A DNA stretch of 64,000 nt from Camelus dromedarius. Lineage: Eukaryota. Below, in pieces: positions 38,444-50,369 of the stretch. Location of the stretch: contig NC_087436.1 in assembly GCF_036321535.1 (NCBI RefSeq), positions 89,158,001-89,222,000 on the forward strand, in the 5' to 3' direction. The first letter of the stretch is position 1, and each line of letters starts with the position of its first letter. The notes beneath the pieces are model-generated. The model did no database searches. It had not been told where the DNA came from and saw only the letters and a program-made list of their open reading frames with translations. The translations under genes were made by a program, and so were the position numbers.

Positions 38444-38580
38444 ATGTTTCTAAATCTCTTCCCACTACAGTCGAAGACTTAACGTCTCATCCTTTAGTTC
38501 ATGTTTCCCCTTTTAGGGAAAGAATTAGGATAGCCAAAAATTGGTATTTAGTTAACATTTATATTGAGCCTTTTGCTCTA

Positions 38581-38835
38581 TTTTTTCATGTTGCTTAATC
38601 ACCATGTATTTGTGGATTTTCCAGTTTTCTTCTTGTAATTGATTTCTAGTTTCATACCACCGTGATTGGAAAAGATGTTTAATATGATTTCAATTGCCTT
38701 AAATTTATTAAGACTTGTTTTATGACCTCATGTATCCTGGAGAATGTTCCATGTACACTTAAGAATGTGTATTCTGTTGCTTTGGATGAAATGTTCTATA
38801 TAACTTAACATATCTGTTAAGTCCATCTGGTCTAA
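38581..38835 (-). mobile_element. Internal L1 ORF2 fragment (3' part of the endonuclease region) with a short T run and degenerate TSD
   Basis: TTGATTTCTAGTTTCATACC...TATCCTGGAGAATGTTCCATGTACACTTAAGAATGTGTATTCTG is antisense L1 EN-region sequence; flanks TGAGCCTTTTGCTCTA / TGAGCCTCTTACTCAA. Confidence 0.85.
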
Positions 38836-40929
38836 TGAGCCTCTTACTCAATATAATTTTATATAAACATTTCCTAGCATTGCCATAATTCATATACTTG
38901 TTATTTCATACTATAGCATTTATTCCACTATTTTTCAGAATTTAAAATGTCTTCAATTTTTCATTCAGAATAAACAGATTTTTTTGGTTAATCATTCTCA
39001 GCTTATCTCTTGAGGTATATTTTCTGAAGCAGAGCTATTCAGACAAAGGCCATAAGTGAATTCTCAGAGTCTGTTTTAATGCCCTATTACTTCTAAAAGC
39101 TGGTTCTGTTTGTGCTGTCATAGGCAATTTATAACCTAATGTTCTGTATTCTCATTCATATACTATTTTTGATCACTTATTAAACAGAAATTGCATTATT
39201 GACCATATATATTAATCTCAGTTTTCTCTATACTTTGAATAGTGAAAATTTATCAGCTATGTTTATCTGTTATGTTTCCTTCATTCTGCATTTTACAGTG
39301 AAAAAAAGTTTCCTTTCTATGTACAGGCACATCTATTTTGTCTCTAATAACCTTCATTTCTTGACTGGAGTTTCTCTTTCTTCTGTATCATTTAAATATG
39401 CTCTTGTATTTTCTTCTCTGTTTTACAAAATAAATTACATGTTTTTTGATCCTGTTGTTATTTATTGCAATGTAAAATATGAAATATGAATCCAAATTAG
39501 TTGCTCTCCATATGAACATCTGGTTATACAAAAACTGTGAGATAATATTACCTACAGCTTGCAATTTTGCTGGAATGCTCATAAAAGAATAAATACATTT
39601 AAAATCTCAATTCTTATTCCATTGAAGATTTCCTCCTAATTTTTAAAAATCTAACACCATGTTGGGGTTCTATTATTACAATATTAAAACATTTTGTAAA
39701 ATTAAGAAGCAATCTCTCATCAATCATCTGTGTAGTTTCGGCTGTCTATCTCTCTCTCTCTGTCTAGCTATCTAGCTATCTAGGTATCTGTCATCCATCA
39801 ACTACCTATCGTTTATATTCCTTGTTCTTCTTGCCACCTGCTTATGCATTCACATATTAATATTTTGAAGGTAAAAGAGTATTTATCTTAGAATGGAATT
39901 GATATTTATTGCATTAATCAATTAATATAAAGTAATATAGATTAATTACATTGTCTTCCAAATTAAAATGTTTATCTTCCATTTCCTTTGGTCAGAATGA
40001 ATTGTTCTTTGCTCTGTGTTTCCAAAGACCTTACTGCTAGATAGTTCTCATTTATGGATCTCAATTACTGCTGCTTAAGGATGCACTGAAAATCAAGAAT
40101 GTAGTAAAGTCAAAATTTATGCCCACATCTGGACATGTTCATAAAGTGAAGGGAGAATTTGAACTGTGCATGTGGCCATATCAAAATATATGTTCAGATC
40201 TGAGATGTTAATATGGTAAAAGGAGAATTTTTCCTTCCTTTCAAATGCTCTGAATTAGATAACTTAAGTGTAAAGCAGGAATTTTACCATCAACAAAGTC
40301 TTACAAAACAGCAAAAGCAAAGAAACTTTTTACAAAAAGAAGAAAATAGGTTTCTTTCAAAAAAAAAAGTAAAGTAATGAAATAGACCATTTGCTTTTGA
40401 ACTTGGAGAAGCATAGCAAACCTTAAGTGATGGAGTTTCTGCCATATTTTAGAGTGAGGAAACATTGCATTATGCTTTATTAAGTTCTTATGAACAACTG
40501 CATAGTTATCATTTAAAGTAATTTATCACTCCCATGGAAATCTTCCATTAAAAATTGTGAAGAAGATGTTCCATGTTTAAAATTTTCTTATTATTAGGTC
40601 ACAATTCAAGTAATATTTTGTAACAAACGTAGGTTTCAAAAAGTAAATATTTCAGGGAAAAATAGAAGACATGGAGTTTATTCTTCAAGAGTGCATTAGT
40701 AATGTTAAATGCAATTTCTTGACTGGCCATTAAATACTCTTATAGTAGATTTATAAGCTATAAATGTCTAGTAAACTTACTATATGCCAATTTGAAACGG
40801 TAGTATTTTTAAAACACCATAAAGTGTAATTAGTATGTAATTTTTGAAAAGTTCTGCATATCAGATTCCACTTTTTAGATTTGTCGAAAATCTTGTACAT
40901 AGACATTGATAAATTAATACAGTTCAGTG

Positions 40930-42030
40930 GTGTCAGTTGACATAACTGAAGAAATGACAGTACAATTTGGTAAGTTGGTACTTACATATATACAAACTAA
41001 AAAACTCTGAGAACTTAGAACAGGAGCAGCTAACCATTCCTCAAATAATAAGAAAATGTTCTGTTGAGAAGTTGCATGCATCATGAACAAAGAATTTGTT
41101 CAAAAAAGTAGATTCCTGAAAAAGTTTGGATATGAAAGGGTAGTTAAAGAAGTTTGTACTAAATGTTTGACCAAGTGGCAAAGATGATGTTAGAAATGGG
41201 TTGCGCCAGATTGCAAACCCCCTCTCATGTCAAGTGCATTTTTTAGAATTTTACTCCAAATTACTGAAGGTTCAGTTAGGTTTTTAAGTAGGAGAGTAAT
41301 GCCATTAGCTTCATTTTGTAGGGCAGTGACTGGCAGGGGTATGACAAATTGTTGAAAGTAGAGAAAATGGGAAGAGGATAAGGATCATAAAAATTAAAAA
41401 GGGAGATAATAATCTGAGTTATGGCAGAGGAAGTAGGGATGGAGACAAGAAAAGTAATTTGAGAAGCATTTCTGAGGTAGAATCTGAAGAATTTGATCAC
41501 CCATGGGATATACTATGAGGACTGGAGTTTGTCTGATGATGTCTGAAAGATAGGATAGATGTGGGTACTAATATCAGAGATGTTATGTGTTGGAGATGGA
41601 GCAGGCTCATAGGAGAAGCTTAAGAGTTCCATTTTGGAACTTACAACGTGCATTAAGTGCTGAATCTGAAATGTGTGCCAGTAGTCCAGATGGAGATACG
41701 TGTAGTCAAGTTTAAGGTTTAGATGACAGATAAGAATTTTTAGCAAAAAGGTGATTTTTAAAGTCACAAAAGTGAGCGATCATGGATGGCTCAAATAAGA
41801 GAGCTGGTATGGAAACCTGGAGAAGATTAACAGTCAAAGCATTGTTAGAGGATGAGGAATAGGCAATAAAATAAAGAGAAGAAGTAGGAAAGTTCTACCT
41901 CAAAAACCAAATAATGGTGAAAATAGATACCTATGTAAATGTCTAAAATATGCCTAACAGAATGAAAACTAAAAATAGTTACCTGGATCTACAAGAGTCC
42001 TGGGTGATCTCAGTGAAAGAAGTGTCAGAA
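40930..42030 (-). mobile_element. L2 LINE fragment
   Basis: TAATTTGAGAAGCATTTCTGAGGTAGAATC, AAGAGTTCCATTTTGGAAC, AAGAGTCCTGGGTGATCTCAGTGAAAG. Confidence 0.75.
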
Positions 42031-43936
42031 GCCAGTTTTATCACCCTCGAGGACTAAGATGATGACTACTGTGTTCGAAGGGTGGAGGAAAGCGGCTCTG
42101 GTTGTGAGATTTCAGAGTTGGAAGTTTGTTAAAAGCACCAGAAGGGCCCTTGGCCCTGATGCTCTAGTGACAGATGAGAGATAAGTTAACTTTAGTACCA
42201 TGGACAAAACCCAAATTCACAGTCAAGTTTACAGCCTGCTTCCTCCATTTTTGTAGACTCGAATAGTACCTACTACTTTGTCGGCAATTATCAGAAAAGA
42301 TAAGATGCTCCACACACAGAGCTTAAAGATACTGGAAACTTGGATATAATATTCCAAAAATACAATGTGCTATAATTATGACTATCAGCAATGCGTTGCC
42401 ATGGAAAACCTTCACTGAAACTACAACAGAGTTGAGCATGGATACAATGCTGAAAGTCTGTAAGTAACTGTAGTTTTCTTTGTTGTGCTTGTGTCTGGAA
42501 ATAAGGTCTAACACTGGGGCCTTCACAGTGAACACGAGTGTCTGATGTTATATTTCAGGTATGACATAAGCATGGTTCATGTACTCAAAGAGCTCGCAGT
42601 ATTTGTCTGGTCAATACCAAAAGTTAATCTAGTCCCTCAAATCCTCCTTGGATCTGTCCGTCTCCAGGGTGACACTGCCCAGGTAACCACTGCATTGTCA
42701 CTTTCCATTGTTCAATATTAAAAAGCACTGCCATCCAGTAAATTTTGATTTCCTTGTAAGTACATTTACAGCAGAAAGGAAGTGATTTATCATCATAAAA
42801 GGAGAACACTTTCAGCTTTTAGTGATTGAGTCATAGGTTTCTAGACCATTGGCAACTATTAACATGGCTATAATTATTTTTTCAACCTCCTTATTTTACA
42901 GATGAAAGGACTGGGGCCCAAGGAAGTCAAATGACTAACACGGAGCGTTACAGTGATTTGAGTTAGCATATGACACTTCAATTTGCTGACAACTACGAGT
43001 CTCTTGAAATAGCTAATTTATTTTAAACTTCTCTTATGGAAAAAGTCAATTTTACTAAACATCATGCACTCTTGTTTTAACAACAACAACAAACAAAGGC
43101 CTTAATTATTACAAAATTGCTAGGAATCTTCCATTAGCTTTTAAAACCTCACCAGTGCCAGTGTGGCTTTAGGAAGGAACAAAGGATTGGGACTCGAGAA
43201 CTTTTGCTTCTGAGTCAGCACTGTGATGCTTATCCTTAGCTCTAGAGATTCTGTTTTTAAACTGTGGACTGAACTGGCAGGTATAGAAGATCTTAAAGCC
43301 TTTTTACCTTATAAATCCAGCCTCAGTAAGAGCCCCAATCTGACAAAACCCTCAAAATAAGGGTCCATTATGTGGAATTGGGCAGCCCCTTTGGCTATCT
43401 TCCACCGAGTATTTAGAAGGTGTTTCTAAGACAATAAAGGCCAAATTCCATACAATCGTCCCTCATTTGAGGGTTTTTTAGAACCCTCTCCCCACCCCTA
43501 GGACATAAATGCCCAAGATGGGTTCCCCTGGGAGCTCACTCTTTCAACAAACAATTGGCGAATACTTAGTGCTCCAGGCATTGTTTTAGACACTGGCATT
43601 TCTAACCACTGGAATGGAGACCTGCCCTCCATTGTTAGGAGACAACAGAGACTCATGAGAGAAAATACTGAGCAAGCTCAAACGTTAGGCATTGGTATTC
43701 GTGCTTTCTTTGATTTGACCCATGAAACTGTGTCCCTGGTCAGCTTCCTCCAAATGATATCTTTCTGCTCAGGTCAGAACTAAATCTGTGTCTTCACAGT
43801 CACTGAATTTTCAGCCTCTTAAAGACAGGGGCCACTGAGCATCCTCTCTCTCCATGCTACTGTATCTCCCTCAAGCCCCCATCACTGAAAGTCTTGAGGT
43901 CCTTCTTATCTCTGTGAGTGTATCTGGGTGGTCTTT

Positions 43937-44355
43937 TGTTGGAGGAGCCCACTGAGAGGACGTGACTGCTGGCTGACCCTTGAGCTGGACCCAGGCATTT
44001 GGAGGCTCCCTAGCCCCTCCTCATCCTTGGAACGTACTTTCTACCCACTGTTCCCGGAACCAAAGCCGTTTTCAAGGATGCAGCCTTGAGAAAGTTGTTT
44101 GGATAGAATATGTGACTGAACCCACTAAAGGCCTCTCTATAAAGTTTCCGAATTCTGGGGGATGTGTGCGGAGATCTACTCATCTTGTGGCTGCCCAAGA
44201 CAAGCTTCACAGGTAAGTTTCTTTGCTTAATAAGCACGGCCACCTACCAATCTGGAGTGGTCTGCCTCTTTCTTTATTCAGGTTCTCCTTGCCTTCTCTT
44301 TCTGGGAGTCAGTTTCAAATACCAACCAGTAAATTTCTGATTTTGTGAACCAACA
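43937..44355 (+). mobile_element. ERVL-class solo LTR (MER54/MER74-like), 419 bp, intact termini
   Basis: Inverted termini TGTTGG...CCAACA; perfect 5-bp TSD TCTTT (43932-43936 and 44356-44360); TATAAA at 44138-44143. Confidence 0.88.
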
Positions 44356-44636
44356 TCTTTTTATCACTTTCCAGAAGCAACAGTAGCATTGTACTCCTGG
44401 CGGTGGTTTATGGACTGATCCAGGGGGCAGCCCCTCCAGCAGCATTTAGCTTCCCATTGGCGCTGCCTACTTCAAAACTTGACTTCCCTCTTTCCTGTTA
44501 TCCAACCCTTCCCTACACACACACTCATATAGTTCACTGGCAGCACCCTCTTTCTCTTTGTTAACCTCAATTCATTTTGCCAAATGTCACCTTTGAAAGC
44601 TAGCACAATCTAATCAGCCATCACTTGTAAGGACAA

Positions 44637-44858
44637 TGTATTGGCTTCCTATTGCTGTTGTCACCAATTACCACACATATGGTGGCTTAAAACTACAGAA
44701 GTGTATTCTCCTACATTTCTGGAAGCCAGAATCCTGAAATCAAGGTGTTTGCAGGGCCACACTCACTCCTGAGTCTCTAGCAGGGATTCCCTTCCTTGAC
44801 AAATCTCATTTCTGGTGGCTTCTGAAGTTAGGCATTCCCTTCTCCTTGTGGCTGCATC
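44637..44858 (-). mobile_element. MaLR LTR fragment (MLT1C/D-like)
   Basis: TGTATTGGCTTCCTATTGCTGTTGTCACCAATTACCACACATATGGTGGCTTAAAAC...TGAAATCAAGGTGTTTGCAGGGCCACACTC. Confidence 0.85.
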
Positions 44859-45370
44859 CAAGAAGAACTTGGGCTCCTTTGAGGGGTTAAATAATTTACT
44901 CAATCTCACACAGATGAGTCTGCCTTAAAGCCTTTGCTCTGTCCACTGCATCATTCTAGAAGAATCTCATTATGACTCAACCTCACTGACAGAGGGTTTC
45001 TGTGGGTTGCAGTCCAAGGACAGAAAGAACCAGTATTACATAATATTATGTAATATCACAGAGTTATATAAATATCTCTGGTCAAGGATAATTCCCTTAA
45101 AAAAACTATCAGACACTGGTTCCTGAATTAAGCATATATTAACCTCAATTCTCTCTTTATGTGTAATGTATTAGAGTTTTTGAAGTCTCCTTCTGTTCTT
45201 CTTCACCTCCTTAATACTTTCCCCCCTCCCTCCCCCACCACACTATGGGCACAGACCCCTATGCTGGCAATAAGGAAGTTCTAGGTGTATTCTCCACTTG
45301 AACCAGGCTTGCAAGACCCACTACACCCAAACTGATGCTATTTAAGGCACAATGCAATAGAGTTAGAAAG

Positions 45371-45545
45371 TGTGTTTGATGTTTTCCATTTGCCTCTCCG
45401 GACCCAGTCTCTCTCCTTTGTGCCCCAGGATGCTGCCTTGTATGGAATGTTCAGAGGGCTCTTATGCCCTCTGGGCTCCTTTTGGATCTGGTTAGTGGGT
45501 GGCAGCAGCAGGAGGTTGGAGGAGGACAGTGAGTGTGGAAATAGA
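45371..45545 (+). mobile_element. LTR33-like 5' fragment
   Basis: TGTGTTTGATGTTTTCCATTTGCCTCTCCGGACCCA...GGGTGGCAGCAGCAGGAGGTTGGAGG; similar to the reverse complement of the end of the element at 30813-31292. Confidence 0.7.
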
Positions 45546-46334
45546 CAATAAAAATGAATGAGATACATGATATTGTCAGATTGAAATAAACACCATGGAG
45601 AAAAATTATTTCTTGTATATGCAGTGCTGGATGGTGAGGATCACGATACGCCTGGTACCAGGCTTAACAGCAGGTGTTGAATGAATGGATGTAATCCCTG
45701 CCCTGTTGTCCACTCCTGGGTAGTGGGAATAGCCCTGGAAATATATGAGATTGAATTCTCACCCAGTGCACTGCGATGGGGGTTTGAAGCTAGATTTATC
45801 CTGATCTGGAAAAAACAAAATATGTGATAACTTTTGATAATTAATATTTGTGGTTGCATATTCAGACCCAGTGCATAAGCATTTACTTGAAGAAACTTCT
45901 GTGGAAAAGTTAAACAAGTAAGGTTTGCATGAACTATAAACTTGTGCTGCAGGAGTTCATGGTGATCAACAGAGCTAATGAGAATTTAAAAGGACAATGG
46001 AAGCCATATAAATGGAAACAGACTCTATTGGCTACAATCCCTAAGAGAGGTGCTTTTACCTTCACTTCACCTAAACTGTGTTTTATGAAGATTGTCTAAC
46101 CTCCTAGAATTAACATTGAATTATTATTCTGTGCTTAAGACACCTAGAATTTCTGCAAATTAACTTATCTTCTTACCTATTCTTCAGTCTTCTCTCACCA
46201 AAAGAGAAAAAAGAAATACCTGTGAATTTGAACCTTGCCAAAGAAAACAGAAAATAAATCTATTCTGAGTTAAATTACACAGAATTAATCCCATCCCACA
46301 CTCAAAACAAACCGAAGCATGAAAAACATTTATC

Positions 46335-46500
46335 AGTGCATCTTAAATTGTTATGAGGACACACATTTGCCTGAAAATTTGATGAACACCCTGCATGAAA
46401 TCTTTAGTCCCCAGAAATTTGCATCTCACACAGTTCAGTCCACAATTCTAGGGGCCAGGAACTCCTAATATCTCACTATGGGCTAAGGTTGAGAATGTCT
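46335..46500. mobile_element. Degraded hAT-Charlie MITE
   Basis: TGAAAATTTGATGAA...CCCCAGAAATTTGCA...ACAATTCTAGGGG...CTAAGGTTGAGAA; family not assigned. Confidence 0.45.
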
Positions 46501-46538
46501 GCTCCAGGGTAATAAAAATAGGCAAACACTCCTGTTAT

Positions 46539-46795
46539 TGTTCAAGACAAGATGAATGGAAAAATCAAGATGATTTTATTCAGGTTATGATAACAAGGAG
46601 AATGTTCACTACTGAGAAATACCTCAAAGGAACGAAAGGCTGGCTGGGGTTTCATATAGGATCAAAATACTCCTTGACCAAACTTGAATGAGGCCTTTCT
46701 GAGCCCTCTTCTCAAGTCCACCCTTGACATTTGCCTTCTGTGTCTGTTATCGCTGAGTCTGGTTTTTAGCAAAAACCCTTCTAAATCAGTTAAGT
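46539..46795. mobile_element. ERV1 LTR fragments (MER31/MER67-like), possibly two pieces in opposite orientation
   Basis: GATTTTATTCAGG...GCTGGGGTTTCATA, then CTTGACCAAACTT...CTGAGCCCTCTTCTC...GGTTTTTAGCAAAAACCCTTCTAAATCAGTT. Confidence 0.5.
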
Positions 46796-47720
46796 GAAAC
46801 ATTTAGAGTCCTGAAATTTCAAAGTCTACAAGTTTGTTCTTGAATGTTCCAAAAGTCGTGTCCGTCTTAATTCCTTTCATAGCTCTTTCTTTACACAAAA
46901 TAAGTATAAAAACACTGCAATCTTTAGTATGATTTTGTAGCTGTCAGGCTTAATGTAAAAGAATAAAAGAAGTCAAAATAAAAAATGTTATAAACAGTTT
47001 ATAAGCAAGGTATTAAATAACAGTTCATTATTATAGTCATATATTTATGTACATATTTTATTGCACCGTATGTCTTATCTACCTACATTCCTAATTCCAT
47101 TTTTGAAAAAGAAGTCCCAAGTCTTTTTTTCACCTCAGCTTTTATTGTGTATGCATGCACATGCATCCATAACAAATGAAAAATACTAGTGTAGGCACTG
47201 CTGGAAATCTTACAGTAAAATAAGACATTTTTAGTTCTCATAATTTGCAATCTAACTGAAGTGGAAGTTAAGGAGAGTTTGAAAAACTCTTACAGGTCAA
47301 AGAGACTTGGTTTACAGTCGCAGATAGAAAAAAGAGAGAGAGAGGAGGGAGGAAGAGAGGGAGACAGGGAAAGAAGAAGGAAGGTAAAAAGGAAGGGAGG
47401 GAGGGAGCAGTCTTTGCTGCAGAAATGCTCCCAGTGGGAGATACCAGAGGAATAAGCAATTGTCCTGGGGACATTGCTCTTCCTTGCCGCCTATGGGAAA
47501 CCTGGGCAATCACATTGCTTAAGATGAGTCTGGATGGCATAATGTCCTTTGATTTCCTTGAGAAGCTAGAAGGAGTCATTCTAATAAGCAACATATGAGA
47601 GATTTAAATTTTTAAAGATGATATAGTACGGTGGCTTGCAAATAAACTAGAGATTTCTTTGAGGTACATAAGTTTTTTTCAAAATCTTGTTAAAATTATA
47701 GACCCAAGGGATACAGAGGC

Positions 47721-48199
47721 TGTACAAGCTGTCTATTACTTTGTAACAAATTACCACAATAGTTAGTGGCTTAAAACAAGAAACATTTTATTTGCTCACA
47801 ATCTATGGCTCAGCAATTTAAGATGGTCTGAGCTGGGCAGTTTTCTTATTGAGTGTCTTGGAGTGATTTATGTGGCTACAGTGATCTTGTGGCTGGTCAG
47901 CCAGGTGGTCGAAGATGGCCTCACTCACAGGTCTTCTGGTGGATGCTGGCTGTCTGTTCAGCCCCTCCTCTCTGGCACAGTAGTACTTACTGGTTTCTTT
48001 ACATGGCGGCAACATCCTAAGAGTTCAAGCCCTAGTGGCTGGCTTTTCATGCTTCTGATTGCTTCATATTTACTAACATCTTTTATGCCAAAGCAAGTCA
48101 CCTGGACAAAGCCAGTCAATGTGCAAGGGAATTACACAGGGATGGGGATACAAGCAAGCAGGACTTCACATGGGACCATTACTGTAACAACATACCACA
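47721..48199 (-). mobile_element. MaLR solo LTR (MLT1G/H-like)
   Basis: TG...GTAACAAATTACCACAATAGTTAGTGGCTTAAAACAA...AAGATGGCCTCACTCACA...GCCAAAGCAAGTCAC...TACCACA; flanks GAGGC/GAGGT (4/5 TSD). Confidence 0.88.
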
Positions 48200-48209
48200 G
48201 AGGTACATC

Positions 48210-48815
48210 TAGTCAAACCTCATTATTCATGGACTTTGTATTTGGAAATTTATTTGTAACCCCCAAATCAAAACTTACAGTGCTTCTGTGCCCTTGTGTG
48301 GACTCTTGCAGAGCAGAGAAAAATTTGAGTTGGCCAATATTCATGTTCCCAGCTTAGATTGAATAAGACTATGAACTGGAATCTTGTTTCAGCTCATACT
48401 GTAAACAAGTGTCTTATTGCAGTATATTTAGTGCCATATTTTTCATATTTTTGTGCTTCATTGGTGATGTTGCTGTTTAAGCCACAGCATAGTGATGATG
48501 AGCTGTCTGATAATCTTAAATGCAACAAGGCTGTGAGGTGCCTGATGGGAAAAATAGGTGCACTGGATAAACTTAACTCAAGCATAAGTTATAGTGGTGT
48601 TGGCTGTGAGTTCAGTGTTAATGAGCCAACAATATGTGTTCAATAAGGTGTCTTTAAGCAGGAATACATATTGAATAAGGTAATGTATTGATTGGTTGCC
48701 AAAAATGTAACTAGGGGTTCACAGGAGCCTAACCCTGTGTTACTCTTAGGAGCAGTGATTTAGTATTTGCTAACCTTTATGAAACATAACTACCATGAAT
48801 AATGAGAACTGACTG
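48210..48815. mobile_element. TcMar-Tigger non-autonomous element (MER82-like)
   Basis: TIRs AGTCAAACCTCATTATTCATGG ... CCATGAATAATGAGAACTGACTG; internal TTTCAGCTCATACTGTAAACAAGTGTC. Confidence 0.88.
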
Positions 48816-48964
48816 TGTATCAGTTCCTAACTAGTGTAGTTTTAGATCAGTGTGCCTATGTTATTTCTAGGAAAAGTTAAAGAAAATCATAAACCACTCA
48901 ATAAATTAAGCAATAATGGAAAAGTTCAAGTGACAAGCCCAAGGTGAACTGAATTAACTCAACT

Positions 48965-49620
48965 CCAATTCAGTTTGATAAATATTTATTAGGCACTTAT
49001 ATAATTGGGCAAAGTAATGTCATGTGCAGGTGCTGGAGCTGAAAATAAAAATTTGAACATTTGGTTTTATCTATCCTAAAGAAGCTCAGAACCTAGTAAA
49101 GGAAGTGAGACAGTGAGGAATGTGATCTGGGCTAGAAAAGAGATGCTCACGAAATATTAAAGAAACCCAGAGATGAGAAATGGATTTGGCTGGTGAAATT
49201 AGAGCAGGATTCATGGAAGAGATGATATTGAAATATGAGTGGTATTTTTTTAAATTGAAGTATAGTCGGTTTATAATATTGCATTAATTTCTGGTGTACA
49301 GCATCATGATTCAGTTATATGCCATTTGCAGCAACGTGGATGGACCTGGAGATTGTCATACTAGGTGAAGTAAACCAGAGAGAGAAAGAAAAATACCATA
49401 TGGTATCACTGATACGTGGTATCTAAAAAAAAATGACACAAATGAATTTATTTATAAAACAGAAACTGACTCACAGACATAGAAAACAAACATATGTGTG
49501 GGATTTTGATAGATAAAGATGGGGGGAAATGACACTTCTTTTTCAAAAAATGGAACTCATGAACAAAAGATAGATTGGAAAGGAGAGAGGACGTTTGGAG
49601 TACTTGAGAGGGGGGCCTGT
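48965..49620 (-). mobile_element. L2 3' fragment interrupted by an inverted L1
   Basis: TAAATATTTATTAGGCACTTAT...GAAGCTCAGAACCTAGT...GGATTCATGGAAGAGATGATATTG; continues after 49507. Confidence 0.7.
49249..49491 (-). mobile_element. Short L1 insertion with 5' inversion (twin-priming structure)
   Basis: Antisense L1 3' terminus (49249-49320) joined to a sense L1 ORF2-end/3' UTR segment (49321-49496); TSD ATATGAGTGGTATTTT / ATATGTGTGGGATTTT. Confidence 0.9.
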
Positions 49621-49664
49621 ATCATGCAGTCCTAGAGCAGTGGTTGTGTCAAAGGTGGTAAGAG

Positions 49665-49825
49665 CTGCCATGGACTGAGCATTTAATGCCACTTTTTAAG
49701 CACATCACATGCATTATTTCATTTTACCTTCACTACAAAATTATGAAGTATAGTATTGGTATCGTTTCAGAGGTGAAGGAACAGAGGCGTTGATGGAGGA
49801 AGTAACTTGCTGAAAGTCACAGCAC
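49665..49825 (-). mobile_element. MIR SINE
   Basis: CACATGCATTATTTCATTT...CAGAGGTGAAGGAACAGAGGC...AAGTAACTTGCTGAAAGTCACAGC. Confidence 0.8.
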
Positions 49826-49829
49826 CCTT

Positions 49830-50280
49830 CCTTCATGTAGTCCTTTCCTGTTTCGCTAATAAGTCCAAGCTCATTCTTGCCATTCTTGCCAAGGGCATTT
49901 GCACTTGCTAATCCGTCTCTTAGAATGCTCTTCCCCAGCTTTCAACCCATGTCAGCAGCTTAGATGTTCCCTCAATACCCTTTCAAATCTTGAAACTAAT
50001 CGCAATGATCTATACTTACATATTATGTACTCGTGTTTATATATTCACTCACTTACTTATTCATTTACTTGTTTGTTCTAGTCACAGCTGTAGCCCCTGT
50101 ACCCGAATAGCAGGAGAATTCCTTGGCACATAGTAGACCCTTGACAAGTACTTATTGAAAGGATGTACAAGTTCTGTGAGAGCTGGAACCTTATATTCTT
50201 GCTCACTTGTGTATTTCCAGCTTTCCAAATAATTTTTGGAACATTACAAGGAGCTTAATCAATATTTGTGGCAATGATGA
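49830..50280 (+). mobile_element. L2 3' ends (two adjacent fragments)
   Basis: AAGGGCATTTGCACTTGCT...TTGGCACATAGTAGACCCTTGACAAGTACTTATTGAA; CTTAATCAATATTTGTGG. Confidence 0.7.
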
Positions 50281-50369
50281 AGAGTAGAGAGCCAAGAATA
50301 GAGACCTGAAAGCAGGTCTACCTAACTTCAGAGCAAAGCACGTAATCACTCTCCTGTGGCAGCTACAGT

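Noticed and set aside
47863..48646. 164-aa and 95-aa ORFs on the + strand
   Set aside because: They run through an MLT1 LTR and a MER82-like element, with no recognisable domain.
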